64,000 nucleotides of DNA from an uncultured Kiritimatiellota bacterium (lineage in GTDB: Bacteria; Verrucomicrobiota; Kiritimatiellia; RFP12; DVOR01): the NCBI GenBank assembly GCA_944389565.1, contig CALXMV010000001.1, positions 51,924-115,923 of the forward strand, given 5' to 3'. Positions 47,794 to 58,364 of this stretch are shown here, piece after piece. The notes under the pieces were generated by a model. The model searched no databases and was not told the DNA's origin. It was given only the letters and a program-made list of their open reading frames with translations. The position numbers and the translations under genes are program-made. How positions within the stretch are numbered: the stretch's first letter is position 1; each line of letters opens with the position of its first letter.

Positions 47794-49293
47794 ATGATGC
47801 AAAAACAGAATCTCTTCGCGACGGCCGCGGTGGCCGCGATGGTGGCCTTCGGCGCCGGATGCGACAAACCGGAGGCGCCGCAGGGCGAGACGCCGGCGGC
47901 AGAGACCCCGGTCGCCGAGACCGCCGCGGCCGACGACGCCGCGCAGGCGGCCTTGGACGCCCCGGCGGCGCAGCCCGGGATCGCGAGCGACATCGTCGCC
48001 ACGCCGCCCCCGCCGAAAGACACGGACGTCATCGCCTCCGTGGGCGACGCGACCCTGACCTGGGGCGAGCTGAACAAGCGCGTGGACGCGGAAATCGAGG
48101 CCTACCGTAAGGTCGCCGGCTCGATGTTTCCCTCCGAGCAGCTGCCCGCCTTCAAGCAGGAGGCGCGCGCCCAGACGGTCCAGCGCTTCATCTTCACGGC
48201 ACTCATCAAGAACGCCGCCGCCAAGGCCGGCGTGACGGTCGACGATGCCTATCGCGCGGAGAAGATCAAGGAGGTCGAGGCCCAGCCCGCCGCCCAGGGC
48301 AAGACCTTCGACGAGCTGGCCAAGACCTCCCCCCTGGGTGAGGCCCGTATGCGCGAGCTCTTCGAGGAGAGCCTGCTGGCCGAGAGACTCTTCGAGGCGG
48401 AGGTCTTCCCGAAGGCGACCGTCTCCGACGAGGAGATCCAGACCGAGCTGGCCAAGAACACCGCGGAGCGCAAGCTGGTGGAGGACGCGTTGGCCGGCTA
48501 CCAAAAGCAGCTCGCCGACGGCTCGGCGACCTTCGAGGCGCTCGTCCAGGCGAACTCGGTGATGAAGTCGCCCATGTCCGTTCCCGTGGCGGAGCTGACG
48601 CAGGGGCTCCCGCCCGAAGAGGCGAAGGCCTTCCAGGCGGCCATCGACGCGACCGCCGAGGGCGGCGTCACCGCGCCGGTGGAGCTGCCCGGGGTGGAGG
48701 CGATCTTCAAGGTGATCCGCAAGATTCCCGACGATGCCGCCGCCAAGGCGAAGGCCGAGGCGTTGCGCGCCCGCATCGAGAAGGGCGAGGACTTCGCGGC
48801 CGTGGCGCGCGAGGCCTCCGACTGCCCGAGCGGTGAGCGCGGCGGCGACCTGGGCGAGTTCGGCAAGGGCCGGATGGACCCGGTCTTCGAGCAGGCTGCC
48901 TTCACGCAGAAGGTGGGCGAGCTTGGCCCCTTGGTCAAGTCCTCCTTCGGCTACCACATCATCAAGGTGACGGCGCGTGACGACAAGGCCGGCACGGCCC
49001 AGGCGAGCCACATCCTGGTGCGCCCCGCCACGGTGCGCCTGCTGCCCTTGGCCATGCGGAAGCCGGGGGCGCTGGACGCCGAGGAGCTTCGCGCCATGCT
49101 CACCGACCAACGCCGCCGCCTGGCGGTGCGCGACTACATCGAGGCGCAGCGCACCGAGCAGGGCGTGACCTGCTCGCTTTTCCCCGAGCTCGCCGCGCCC
49201 GCGCCCAAGGCGCCTCAGGCCCCCGCCCCCGCGGAGGCCGCCGCCCCTGCGCCCGAGGCCGCGGCCCCTGAGGCCGCCCCGGCCGGGAAATAA
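47794..49293 (+). CDS. Periplasmic parvulin-type peptidyl-prolyl isomerase (SurA/PrsA-like) lipoprotein
   Basis: It has an aaggag RBS and lipobox AFGAGCD. The PpiC domain is ...FGYHIIKVTARDD. Confidence 0.7.
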   Translation: MMQKQNLFATAAVAAMVAFGAGCDKPEAPQGETPAAETPVAETAAADDAAQAALDAPAAQPGIASDIVATPPPPKDTDVIASVGDATLTWGELNKRVDAEIEAYRKVAGSMFPSEQLPAFKQEARAQTVQRFIFTALIKNAAAKAGVTVDDAYRAEKIKEVEAQPAAQGKTFDELAKTSPLGEARMRELFEESLLAERLFEAEVFPKATVSDEEIQTELAKNTAERKLVEDALAGYQKQLADGSATFEALVQANSVMKSPMSVPVAELTQGLPPEEAKAFQAAIDATAEGGVTAPVELPGVEAIFKVIRKIPDDAAAKAKAEALRARIEKGEDFAAVAREASDCPSGERGGDLGEFGKGRMDPVFEQAAFTQKVGELGPLVKSSFGYHIIKVTARDDKAGTAQASHILVRPATVRLLPLAMRKPGALDAEELRAMLTDQRRRLAVRDYIEAQRTEQGVTCSLFPELAAPAPKAPQAPAPAEAAAPAPEAAAPEAAPAGK

Positions 49294-49356
49294 GGGTTGC
49301 GCAACGGCCGCCCGTCGCGAAGACCGGCGGCCGTTTTCGTTTCAGCGGGTCACCGC

Positions 49357-51453
49357 ATGAGCAGACGCAAGAACAACCGTCGCGCCGAATCGCGCCGCAG
49401 GGCCGCCGTCCTCCGCCGGGGACAGCGGCTTCGCGCGCGCTTGCGCCTGGCGCTCGGCGCGGCACGCGCCGGGGTCGCGGAGCGGGCGGGGGAGGGCTTC
49501 TTCGCGGCGGTGCGGCGGCGGGGGATGTTCCCGTTGCCGGCGGCGCTCTTGGCGTGGCCGGCGCTGACGGTGCTCTTGGCGTCGGTGGGGTTCCTCTTTG
49601 GGGGGACGGTCTCGGCGTGGCATGGGGTGGCGGGATTCGTGTTGGCGGGGTGCCTGGCCTTGGTGGGCGGGGGCACGTGGCGGGATGGGTGGCGCCGGGT
49701 GGGGGCGCTCGCCTTGGCGGCGCTCGCGCTCTTCGCGGTGGATCAGAGCGTGGTGCTCTTCTCGTGGTGGGACGCGCAGGCTTATCACCTGACGGCCTCG
49801 CGTCTGCTCCTGGAGGGGTGGAACCCGGTGTTGGACGCGACGCGGGAGGCGATGCTGGCGGCGACGGGCGCGGACCCGACGACCTTCAATTCGTATCACG
49901 TGGCGTATCTGCCGCGGGCGGGGTGGGTCTGGAGCGCGGTGACGGCGGCGCTGACGGGCAATCTGGAGTCGGGCGATTCGCTGATCCTCATCACGGCGGT
50001 GACGCTGGGGGCGGTGGCGTGGGGGGTGACGCCCCTGCTCTTCGGCCAGGGGCGGTGGAAACGGTGGCTCTTCGCCTCGCTCGCCCTGCTGTCGCCGGGG
50101 GTGGTGGCGAGCGCGTTCTGCTTCGCGCAGGACGGGTCGCTCTACGCGTTGCTGATGACCTATCTGTTGGCGGCGTGCGCCTATCGGAAGACGGGGCGTA
50201 CGGCGTGGCTGACGTATCTGGCGTTGGCGCCGGTGCTGGGGTGCAACCTGAAGTTCACGGGGGTGGTCGGTTTCTGCCTCTCGGCGGCCGTCTTCACGAT
50301 CCCGGTGGTGTGGGCGGCGTTGCGCCAGGGGCGTGCGCGGGCTTTCTGGAAGTGGGTGGCGGCGAACGCGGCGGGGTTCCTCTTCGCCTTGGTCGTGGGC
50401 TTCTCGCCCTATCTCACGAATTGGGCGAATCACGGCGGCCCCTTCTACCCGGAGCACTCCTTCTCGAAGGACGAGCCTTTGCCGGCGATGACGGCCGACT
50501 TCGACTTGGTGAACGACGACGCCGCGGCGATGGGCTATTTCGGCCGCGTGACGAACGCCTATCTCTCCAAGTGGCTCGCCCACCGTTATTACGAGTGGAA
50601 GCTGGGGCGGAAACCCTTCAACCCCGTCTTCCACCTGGATCAGGTGAGCGGGTTGGGCTCGGGCTTCCGGATCGTCATGTGCCTGACGCTCCTGACGCTC
50701 TGCTTCACGCGACGGTGCGGGATGCCCTGGCTCTTGCTGGCGATCCTGCTGACCAGTTTCCTGCAACCGACGAAGACGATCGGGTATGTGCGCTACGTGC
50801 CCCAACTGTGGATGTTCCCGGTGTTGGTGGCTTTCAACGCGATGACGCTGAACGTGCCCCGCTCGCCGTGGGTCGGCCGCGCGCTCGGCGTGGCCGTCAC
50901 CGCCATCCTCGCCTCCAGCACCTATCTTTTCGCCATCGGCAAGCTGATCCTGACCTTCGGCATGAGCGCCTACGCGCTCTCGATCGTCGAGACGATGCGT
51001 TCCGAGCCGCACCCGCGCGCCTACGTGCTCTCCCTGCATGACCGCTACCGTGAGGATGGGCGTTGCCTGGCGGCGTGGGAGACGCTCCCGCCGGACATCC
51101 CCGCCCCGCACGTCTTCGACGACTATTATCACACCATCCTGCCCGCGAGCGGCGTGCGCGGCATCGCCTGGCAATCCCCCGCGCAGATGCGCGACCTGCG
51201 CGCCGCCGGCGAGCCGTGCTTCTACCTGGGCGAACACCTGTGGTATTGGCCGGAGGATCCCACGCGCATCCGCCACCCCCTCCTGCACCTCTACGCCGGG
51301 CACCCGCGCCGCCCGTACACCGCCGCGAACATCCTGCGCATCGCCTGCGACACCTTGCCCGGCCTCCCCGCCTATCTCTTTCGCGTCGGGCGGTTCCGCT
51401 GGGAGCAATTCCGGGACAATCTGACGGGGGAGGGCCCGCGCCATGCCCCGTGA
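49357..51453 (+). CDS. Large polytopic membrane protein (GT-C-like / unknown function)
   Basis: It has about 14 predicted TM helices and a basic N-terminus. It is first in a three-gene overlapping operon ending with the Lnt-TPR fusion. The start is uncertain (49357 or 49525). Confidence 0.45.
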   Translation: MSRRKNNRRAESRRRAAVLRRGQRLRARLRLALGAARAGVAERAGEGFFAAVRRRGMFPLPAALLAWPALTVLLASVGFLFGGTVSAWHGVAGFVLAGCLALVGGGTWRDGWRRVGALALAALALFAVDQSVVLFSWWDAQAYHLTASRLLLEGWNPVLDATREAMLAATGADPTTFNSYHVAYLPRAGWVWSAVTAALTGNLESGDSLILITAVTLGAVAWGVTPLLFGQGRWKRWLFASLALLSPGVVASAFCFAQDGSLYALLMTYLLAACAYRKTGRTAWLTYLALAPVLGCNLKFTGVVGFCLSAAVFTIPVVWAALRQGRARAFWKWVAANAAGFLFALVVGFSPYLTNWANHGGPFYPEHSFSKDEPLPAMTADFDLVNDDAAAMGYFGRVTNAYLSKWLAHRYYEWKLGRKPFNPVFHLDQVSGLGSGFRIVMCLTLLTLCFTRRCGMPWLLLAILLTSFLQPTKTIGYVRYVPQLWMFPVLVAFNAMTLNVPRSPWVGRALGVAVTAILASSTYLFAIGKLILTFGMSAYALSIVETMRSEPHPRAYVLSLHDRYREDGRCLAAWETLPPDIPAPHVFDDYYHTILPASGVRGIAWQSPAQMRDLRAAGEPCFYLGEHLWYWPEDPTRIRHPLLHLYAGHPRRPYTAANILRIACDTLPGLPAYLFRVGRFRWEQFRDNLTGEGPRHAP

Positions 51454-52984
51454 CGCGGAGCGCGAGGCCCAGGGCCTCCGCCGGTGGGCCATGGCCGCGG
51501 TGGCGCTCACCGTGGCGTGTTATCTGGCCAACATCCTTCTCGGCCCGCTCAATCAGGACGAGGGCTGGTACCTTTACGCCGCGCGGCGCCTGATGGCCGG
51601 CGACATCCCCCATCGCGACTTCTTCTTCACCCAGGGGCTGGTCATGCCCGCCGTCTACGCGCTCCTCGGTTGGCTCTGGTCGCCCTTCGGCGTCTTGGGC
51701 GGACGTGTCGTCACGGCGATCCTCGGCCTCACGGCGATCTTCCTGGCGGACGGCGCGCTCGTCTCCTGCTTCCGCCGCGACGACGAACGCTGGACGGCGC
51801 GTGTGGCGCTGTGGGCGTTCGTGGGGCTCTCCCTCTGGTACACCTACTTCACCGCCATCCCCAAAGCCTATGCCCTCTGCGCCCTCGGTCTGGCCGGCGG
51901 TCTGCGCCTGCTCACCTGCCTGCGCACGGAGGGCGAGACGGACGCGACGTGCGGGATCGACCCGCTCTGCGCGGCGGCTGCGGGGTTCCTCTTCGCGCTC
52001 TTGGCGGACGTCCGCCTCTCGATGGGCGTGCTGCTGCCCGTGGTGGCGCTGTGGCTGCTGTGGCGGCGGGCTTGGGCCGGGGCTTGGACGTGGCTTTGGT
52101 TCGGCCTGGGCGGCGGGGTGGGGGCGCTTCTCGCCTTCGGCCCGGAACTCCTCCTTTGGCCGCAGGCGTTTTTCGAGACGCAGGCCTTCCATGCCGCGCG
52201 TGCGCCGATGGGGCCGCTGGGCGTGGCGGGGTGCGTCGCGCGTTTCCTGCGCCACAACGCGCTGCTGGCCTTTGTCGGGGCGCTGGCGGCGTGGGTGTGG
52301 TGGGCGCGCCGCCCCGCGCCCAAACGCCCGCCCGCGGATCGGGCGGGTTTCCTGGGGCTGTGGCTCTGCGTCGGGCTCGCGCTCGCGGCGGCGCATCTCC
52401 TCGCGCCCGTCCCTTACGACGACTATCTCGTGCCGGCCCTTCTGCCGCTGGGCATGGCGGGGGCCTTCGCCTTCGCGCTCCTCCCCTTCGAGTCGATGCG
52501 CCAGGCGCTCGCGCGCGCGTTGCTGCTCGCCGCGGCGGCGGTCACCGTGGCGGGGTCGCCCATCGCCGAGGGGTGGTTCTCGCTCGGGCAGGACCGTTTT
52601 TGGGTGAATCTCAAGGAGGAGCCGGATCTGATGCGTCTGCGCCGCGCCGCGGCGATCGCGCGGGACGCCGCACTCCGCCTCGGCACGGACACGATCTGGA
52701 CGCAGGACACCTACCTCGCCGTCGAGGCGGGGCTGGAGGTCCCGCGGGGGCTGGAGATGGGGCCCTTCTCCAAGCCCGTGCCGTTTGACACTTCCGCGGC
52801 CCCGCTCGCCGCCTGGTCCGGCTACACCCATGCCCTGCGCTTCCCCGACCTCACCCCCGCGCCCGACAGGGAATCCCGCCTCGCGGGGTTGCGCGCCGCC
52901 TATCCCCGCGTCCTCGCCGTCATCCCCCGTTTCGGCCAACAGCACACCACGCTCGTCATCGCCGAGAGGAGCCGTGCCCCATGA
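51443..52984 (+). CDS. GT-C-fold glycosyltransferase (ArnT/PMT family, GT39/GT83-like)
   Basis: GPLNQDEGWYLYAARRLMAGDIP carries the first-loop DE(x)xY-type acidic motif after TM1, with about 12 TM helices. The gene overlaps both neighbours. Confidence 0.55.
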   Translation: MPRDAEREAQGLRRWAMAAVALTVACYLANILLGPLNQDEGWYLYAARRLMAGDIPHRDFFFTQGLVMPAVYALLGWLWSPFGVLGGRVVTAILGLTAIFLADGALVSCFRRDDERWTARVALWAFVGLSLWYTYFTAIPKAYALCALGLAGGLRLLTCLRTEGETDATCGIDPLCAAAAGFLFALLADVRLSMGVLLPVVALWLLWRRAWAGAWTWLWFGLGGGVGALLAFGPELLLWPQAFFETQAFHAARAPMGPLGVAGCVARFLRHNALLAFVGALAAWVWWARRPAPKRPPADRAGFLGLWLCVGLALAAAHLLAPVPYDDYLVPALLPLGMAGAFAFALLPFESMRQALARALLLAAAAVTVAGSPIAEGWFSLGQDRFWVNLKEEPDLMRLRRAAAIARDAALRLGTDTIWTQDTYLAVEAGLEVPRGLEMGPFSKPVPFDTSAAPLAAWSGYTHALRFPDLTPAPDRESRLAGLRAAYPRVLAVIPRFGQQHTTLVIAERSRAP

Positions 52985-55900
52985 AGAAACGTCTGCTTCA
53001 GTTGTTCGCCGCCCTGCTTTCCGCGGCTTTCGTGATCTCCCTGTGGCCGCCCTTCGGGCAGAACGGCAATGCGTGGTTCGCGTTGGTGCCGTTGCTGTTG
53101 CTCGTGCGGCAGGCGTCGGTGCGGTGGGCGTTGGCGTTGGGGTGGGTCTCCGGTTTCGTGGCGTGGGTGGGGCAGCTGTGGTGGATGCTCGCCCTCACCG
53201 ACAACGGCGGCCCCTGGCCGCTCATCGTCCCCGCCCTGCTCGGGCTGAGCGCGGTCCTGGCCTGCTTCGTCGCCGCCTTCGCCGGGCTCGCGGCCGCGCT
53301 TCGCCGCCGCTGCGCGGGGCGGCCCGGATGGGTACGGATCGGACTCGCGCTCGTGGTCGAGCCCGCGCTCTGGGCGGGCTTGGAGTGCCTGCGCGCCAAT
53401 CTCTTCACCGGCTTTGCGTGGAACCCGCTGGGCTTGGCGTGCGCGGCATGGACGCCGCTGCTCCAGACCGCGGCGCTGGGCGGCGCGGCGCTCACCTCGG
53501 CCGTCCTCGTCGCGGCCAACGGCGCCATCGCCACGCTCCTGGAGCGGCTGTGGTGGGCCGTTATCCGTCAGGCGCCCACGCGCTTCGCCGAGCGGCTCGC
53601 CCTGACGCTTGAGAGCATCCTGCCCTTGGCGGTCGTGCTGGCCGCCTTCGTCTGGGGGTTGGGGCGCATCCGCGCCTACGACGCGCTCTCGCCCGACGGG
53701 ACGGCCACGGTGGTCGTGGAGCGCACGGACGTGCCGTGCGTCTTCGCGCGTGGGGAGACCTACACGCCGCCGTGGCTTGAGGCCGACGGGGTCGCGGCGA
53801 TGGTCGGTTACGTCCATGCCGACCTGTGGCTGTGGCCTGAGAGCGCGCTCGCCGGGGTGCCCTCGCCCATGCCTGCCGCCGTCGCGCGGCATCTGGCCCG
53901 CCTTGCCGGGTTGGCGCGCGCGCCGCTCCTGATGGGTGGGCTCCACCGCGACGGGGAGGGCCGCGCCCACAACGCCGCGCTCCTCCTCACCGCGGATGGG
54001 CCAGACGCTGGGCAGGTCTACGCCAAGCGCCACCTCGTCCCCTTCGGTGAGTACATCCCCTTCGACAAGGCCTTCCCAGCGCTCCAACGCCTCGTCCCCA
54101 CCGGCGCCAGCCTTTACCCCGGCGAACGCGTCACCGCCGTGCGCCTCCCCTCCGGCCTGACCGTCGGCCCGCTCATCTGCTTCGAGGACACCGTCGCGGA
54201 GGTCGCCCGGCAGTCGGTGAACGACGGCGCGCGTGTCCTCGTGAACATGAGCAACGACGCTTGGTACGCTCCCTCCGCCCAACCTGCCCAGCACGCCCAG
54301 CAGGCCATCCTCCGGTGCGTCGAGACGGGCGTCCCCATGTTCCGCTCCACCAACCGCGGCGACAACACCGCCATCGACGCCGTGGGCCGCGCCGTCCCCA
54401 TCACCCTCTTCCCCACGCGCCTCCCGCTCACCGCCGCGCCCTATGCCTCGCTTTATCTCCGATACGGCGAATTGGTCTTCGGCGCGCCTTGCGCGCTCTT
54501 CGTCCTCTGCCTGGCCGCGTGGCTACTGCTTGCCCGTTTCCTCCGCCGGCCCGCGCCGGCCGCGGTACCGCTCGCCCTGCTGTGCCTCCTGGCCGCGCCG
54601 GCCGTGCGCGCGCGGTCGGCCCAAGACCTCCTCCCCACCGCCGGCATGGCCTTGGACGACGGCAACGTGAGCCTCGCCGAGAAGACCGCCTCCGCCATCC
54701 TCTCCACGCTCGGCATCTCCTCCGAGGAACGGGCTCGCGCCCAGGAGATCCTCATCCGCGCCGATCTGGAGCGCGGCGACGCCGCCGGCGCGCTCGCCCG
54801 CATCGAGGCCACGCCCGAGCTCCCCGCCGAGCGCCGCCTCGCCCTCTCCCTCGCCGCCTACAACCTGCGCCAGGACTTCGCGAAGACCGAGATCGCCTTC
54901 GCCGAGGCCGCACCCTCCGCCGACACCCCGTGGGGCGTTGCCGCGCTCCGGCTCGTCCTTCAGGCCGACCTGGAGCTCGGCCGCTCCGTCGAGGCCGCTG
55001 AGCGCTTCGCGGCGGTGGATGCCGCCAAGGGCGCGGACGCCCGCGCCCGCGCCGAGAACGCCCTGCTCTGGGTGCGCCGTTTCCCGAACCCGCGTTCCCG
55101 CGCCGCGCTCCTGGCCGCCGCGGCGCGGGCGGATCTGGGGGGCGTCTATCTGGAGTGCGCCTTGGCGCTTCCCGAGGCCTTCGCCGAGGCCGAGGACCGC
55201 TCCGTCGCGCTCGCCGCGCTGGACCGCCTGCTCGCGGAGGACGGCATCGGCTCGACCATCGAGGCGCGGTTGGCGTTGGCCGCCGCCGCGCTCGATCCGG
55301 ACGCCGCCGACGCCGTGTCCTATGCCCGGCGGGCCGTCGAGGTCGCCCGTGCGCCGGAGGTCCGTCAGGCGGCGCTCGCCATGCTCGGCGATCTGCTGTG
55401 CGACCGGACCGACGACGCGGCGTCCGTCGACGAGGGGCTCGCCTTGCTCGACCGCGCCGTGCGTCTTGACCCCTCCGCCGCGGACGCCCCCGCCCTGCAA
55501 TTGCGCATCGCCGAGACGCTGGCGCGGATCGGGCGCATGGACGACGCGCTCGCCGCCTACGACCGCTGGATCGCGAGCTATGACCTGCCCGCCCTGCGCA
55601 TCCGCGTCCGCCAAGGCCGGGGACGCGTCCTGCTCGCCGCCGGTCGCGCCGACGAGGCGCTTGCGGCGTTCGACGAGGCGCTGGCCTTGGCCGACACCGC
55701 GACCTTGCGCCACGACCTCATGGTCGAGGCCGTGGACGCCGCCATCGCCGCCGGGCGCCATGCCCGCGCCGAGACCCTGTGCCGCGACATCCTCGCCCAA
55801 GGCCGCGACCCGGCCGTCTCCCTGCGTCTGGCCCGCGCGCTCGAGGCGACCGGCGACGTGGAATCCGCCCGCAAGGCCTATGCCGACACCCGCGACGACC

Positions 55901-56955
55901 CGGCCGCCACCGAGGAGGACGCCTTCGTGGCGGCCATGCGCCTCGGCGCCCTCATGGCCGCGCAGAACCGCCCGCAGGAGGCCATCGCCGAGTTCACGCG
56001 CTTCCTCCCGCGCGCCCAGGGCCAGGCCCATCGCGACGCCCTCCTCCTCGAACGCGGCCGCACGTATTACGCCCTGGGGCGGATGGAGGCCGCGCGCGAC
56101 GACTTCGCCGCCGTCTCCGCCGCCGACCCCGGGCTCGCCTCCGAGGCGCGCTTCTTCACCGTCCTGTGCCTTTACGGCTTGGGCGACGACGACCGTGCCC
56201 GCACCCTCGCCCAGGAGTATGTGGCCGCCTATCCCGACTCCAAGCGCATCCCCGATATGCTCCTCTGGATCGCCAAGAGCGACTTCAACCGCGGCGACTA
56301 TGCCGCCGCCGGCGATGCCTTCCTCCAGTTCGCCGACCGCTGGCCGCAGGAGCCGCGGGTCCCCACCGCGCTCTACCTCGCCGCGCGCGCGGCCTTCCTC
56401 GACCAGGATTACGCGCACGCCGTCGAGCGGGTGAGCCGCCTGGCGCAGGCCTTCCCGCAGGCCGCCGTCCTGGCCGACGCCCGTTTCCTGCAGGCCGAGG
56501 CGCTCATCGAGTTGGCGCGCCATGGCGAGGCGGTCGACTTGCTCACCGCGCTCGTCCGCCGCTCCCCCAACGCCGCCTGGGTCGGCGAGGCTTACGGCCG
56601 CCTCGGCGATTGCCTGCTCATCACCGCCACGGACGACCCGGGGCGCTACGCCCAGGCCATCGACGCCTACCGCGAGGCATTGGCGCGTCTGGACTCGGAT
56701 CCCGACGCGAGCGTCCGCTACGCGGCCAAGATCGGCCGGGCGAACGAGAAGCGCAACCGTCTCGACGAGGCCGCCGAGCAATACACCCGCCTGCTTTATC
56801 GCGCGATCGCCGATCCGGGGCGTTACGCCGAGGAGGGGCGCGATTGGATTCGTCGCGCGGCGACCCGCCTGCGGGCCATCGAGGTCGCGCGCGGCAATCG
56901 CGCGGGCTATGAGACGCTCTCCCGGCGGCTTCGCGCTGCGGGGCTGCTTGACTGA
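52981..56955 (+). CDS. lnt: Apolipoprotein N-acyltransferase domain fused to an ~800-aa C-terminal TPR-repeat domain
   Basis: The N-terminal 8-TM plus CN-hydrolase domain carries the Lnt catalytic motifs WPESA (Glu), KRHLVPFGEYIP (Lys) and LICFED (Cys). A predicted TM follows, then Ala/Leu/Arg-rich TPR-like repeats through the stop. Confidence 0.7.
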   Translation: MKKRLLQLFAALLSAAFVISLWPPFGQNGNAWFALVPLLLLVRQASVRWALALGWVSGFVAWVGQLWWMLALTDNGGPWPLIVPALLGLSAVLACFVAAFAGLAAALRRRCAGRPGWVRIGLALVVEPALWAGLECLRANLFTGFAWNPLGLACAAWTPLLQTAALGGAALTSAVLVAANGAIATLLERLWWAVIRQAPTRFAERLALTLESILPLAVVLAAFVWGLGRIRAYDALSPDGTATVVVERTDVPCVFARGETYTPPWLEADGVAAMVGYVHADLWLWPESALAGVPSPMPAAVARHLARLAGLARAPLLMGGLHRDGEGRAHNAALLLTADGPDAGQVYAKRHLVPFGEYIPFDKAFPALQRLVPTGASLYPGERVTAVRLPSGLTVGPLICFEDTVAEVARQSVNDGARVLVNMSNDAWYAPSAQPAQHAQQAILRCVETGVPMFRSTNRGDNTAIDAVGRAVPITLFPTRLPLTAAPYASLYLRYGELVFGAPCALFVLCLAAWLLLARFLRRPAPAAVPLALLCLLAAPAVRARSAQDLLPTAGMALDDGNVSLAEKTASAILSTLGISSEERARAQEILIRADLERGDAAGALARIEATPELPAERRLALSLAAYNLRQDFAKTEIAFAEAAPSADTPWGVAALRLVLQADLELGRSVEAAERFAAVDAAKGADARARAENALLWVRRFPNPRSRAALLAAAARADLGGVYLECALALPEAFAEAEDRSVALAALDRLLAEDGIGSTIEARLALAAAALDPDAADAVSYARRAVEVARAPEVRQAALAMLGDLLCDRTDDAASVDEGLALLDRAVRLDPSAADAPALQLRIAETLARIGRMDDALAAYDRWIASYDLPALRIRVRQGRGRVLLAAGRADEALAAFDEALALADTATLRHDLMVEAVDAAIAAGRHARAETLCRDILAQGRDPAVSLRLARALEATGDVESARKAYADTRDDPAATEEDAFVAAMRLGALMAAQNRPQEAIAEFTRFLPRAQGQAHRDALLLERGRTYYALGRMEAARDDFAAVSAADPGLASEARFFTVLCLYGLGDDDRARTLAQEYVAAYPDSKRIPDMLLWIAKSDFNRGDYAAAGDAFLQFADRWPQEPRVPTALYLAARAAFLDQDYAHAVERVSRLAQAFPQAAVLADARFLQAEALIELARHGEAVDLLTALVRRSPNAAWVGEAYGRLGDCLLITATDDPGRYAQAIDAYREALARLDSDPDASVRYAAKIGRANEKRNRLDEAAEQYTRLLYRAIADPGRYAEEGRDWIRRAATRLRAIEVARGNRAGYETLSRRLRAAGLLD

Positions 56956-56964
56956 CCCGGCGGG

Positions 56965-57008
56965 AAACGCGCGTGGCGCGCCCATTTGGGTGCGCCACGC
57001 GTTTTTTT
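56965..57008 (+). terminator. Bidirectional rho-independent terminator between convergent lnt-TPR and flavoprotein genes
   Basis: aaACGCGCGTGGCGCgcccatttgggtGCGCCACGCGttttttt is seen directly. Confidence 0.65.
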
Positions 57009-57019
57009 GTCCTTCGCGG

Positions 57020-57556
57020 TCAGAGCGCGCGGCCGAGGGTCTTGGCCTGTTCGAGGTAGGGGGAGGCCTTGGCCTCGGCAGGGTGGGTGAGGCCGGCGGC
57101 GCGGAGGGCGAAAGCCTCGCGGGGGGCGTCCAGGCAGGCGAGGTAGCCACGGAAGGCCTCCAGCGTGCGGTCCATGCAGGCGGGGTCGTCGTCGGCGGAG
57201 GTCATGACGAAGCCAAAGGTCTTGCCGCCCATCCGCTCATAGTAGGGGCAGGAACGGTCGATGAGCGTCTTCATCTGGGCGGAGAGGCTGTAGAAGTAGA
57301 CAGGGGTGGCCATGACGATGACGTCCGCGGCGAGCATTTTCTCCTGGATGGCCTTGGCGTCGTCCTGGATGGGGCAGGGCTTGCCGTGGAAGGAGCAGAG
57401 CCCGCACCCGGTGCAGGGGGCGATGCGATGATGGCCGAGGAAGAGGTACTCCACGTGGTGGCCGGCCTCGCGCGCGCCTTCGGCGAGGGCTTGGCAGAGG
57501 GTGTCGGAATTGCCGTCCTTGCGCGGCGAGGAGGAGAGGATGAGCACGTTTTTCAT
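57020..57556 (-). CDS. NADPH-dependent FMN reductase / iron-sulfur flavoprotein family
   Basis: MKNVLILSSSPRKDGNSDTL has the flavodoxin-like SPR motif, and a 4-Cys cluster (CTGCGLCSFHGKPC) is present. Confidence 0.7.
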   Translation of the reverse strand: MKNVLILSSSPRKDGNSDTLCQALAEGAREAGHHVEYLFLGHHRIAPCTGCGLCSFHGKPCPIQDDAKAIQEKMLAADVIVMATPVYFYSLSAQMKTLIDRSCPYYERMGGKTFGFVMTSADDDPACMDRTLEAFRGYLACLDAPREAFALRAAGLTHPAEAKASPYLEQAKTLGRAL

Positions 57557-57613
57557 GGGCGAAGGCCTTTCATGGGTTCAGGATGGCGCATACTTTACAC
57601 CTTGGCGCGCGCT

Positions 57614-58364
57614 TCAGGTCAAGGGTCGGTTTTGCTCCTGCTCCTGTTCCGCCTTTTTCTGCGCGCGGCGCAGGCGGCGGGCCTTGAGGCGCTCCAGGAC
57701 ACGCGCCTGCCGGGCGCGGCGTTCGCCGGTGATGCGGCGCATGGCCGCGCGGGCGACGTAACCCTGGGCCACGCCGAAGGCCACGAAGAAGGCCGTCACG
57801 AGCAGGATCACCAGCCCGGGCCGGTCGGCCCACAGCGCCTTGAGCCACGCGATCGCCGGGGCGTAGAGCGTCGGCATGAAGAAGACCACGATGGCGCTCT
57901 GGAGCAGGCTGGAGAGCGCGGAGTAGAGGACGTAAAGGCCGAAGTGCACGCGGAGCATCCCGGCGGCGAGGAGCGCGGGGGTGCGGATGCCCGGGGTGAA
58001 GCGCACGATGAACATCGTCTTGCCGAGGTGGTTGTCGAAGAAGCGCGCGCAAGCGGCGATCTGCTTCTGGTGGCGGCGCACCCAGCGCAGACGCATGACG
58101 TAACGCATGGCGAAGCGCACCGGCAGGTACATCAGCAGGTCGCCGAGGAAGACCCCCCAGAAGGTGCCGTGGAGCGCGGTGAGCGTGCCCATGATGCCCT
58201 CGGAGATCAGGGGCGGGACGATCGTCCAGCAGACCACGTTCTCGAAGAAGAGCGTGGCGAAGGCCGTGAGGAAACCCTGCGTCCACGGGTAATCGACGGA
58301 GGCCTGGATGGCCTCGACGAGCGCGTCGAGATTGATCCAGGCGGCGGCGAGCAGTTCGTTCATG
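57614..58364 (-). CDS. DedA/SNARE-associated family membrane protein
   Basis: FLTAFATLFFENVVCWTIVP and GKTMFIVRFTPGIRTPALLAAGM are the DedA signatures. The upstream part of ORF 57614..59155 is antisense to ftsI and is rejected. Confidence 0.7.

Noticed and set aside
57557-57613. Small gap between the flavoprotein and dedA genes as a terminator
   Set aside because: No convincing GC hairpin plus T-run was seen. The genes are likely co-transcribed.
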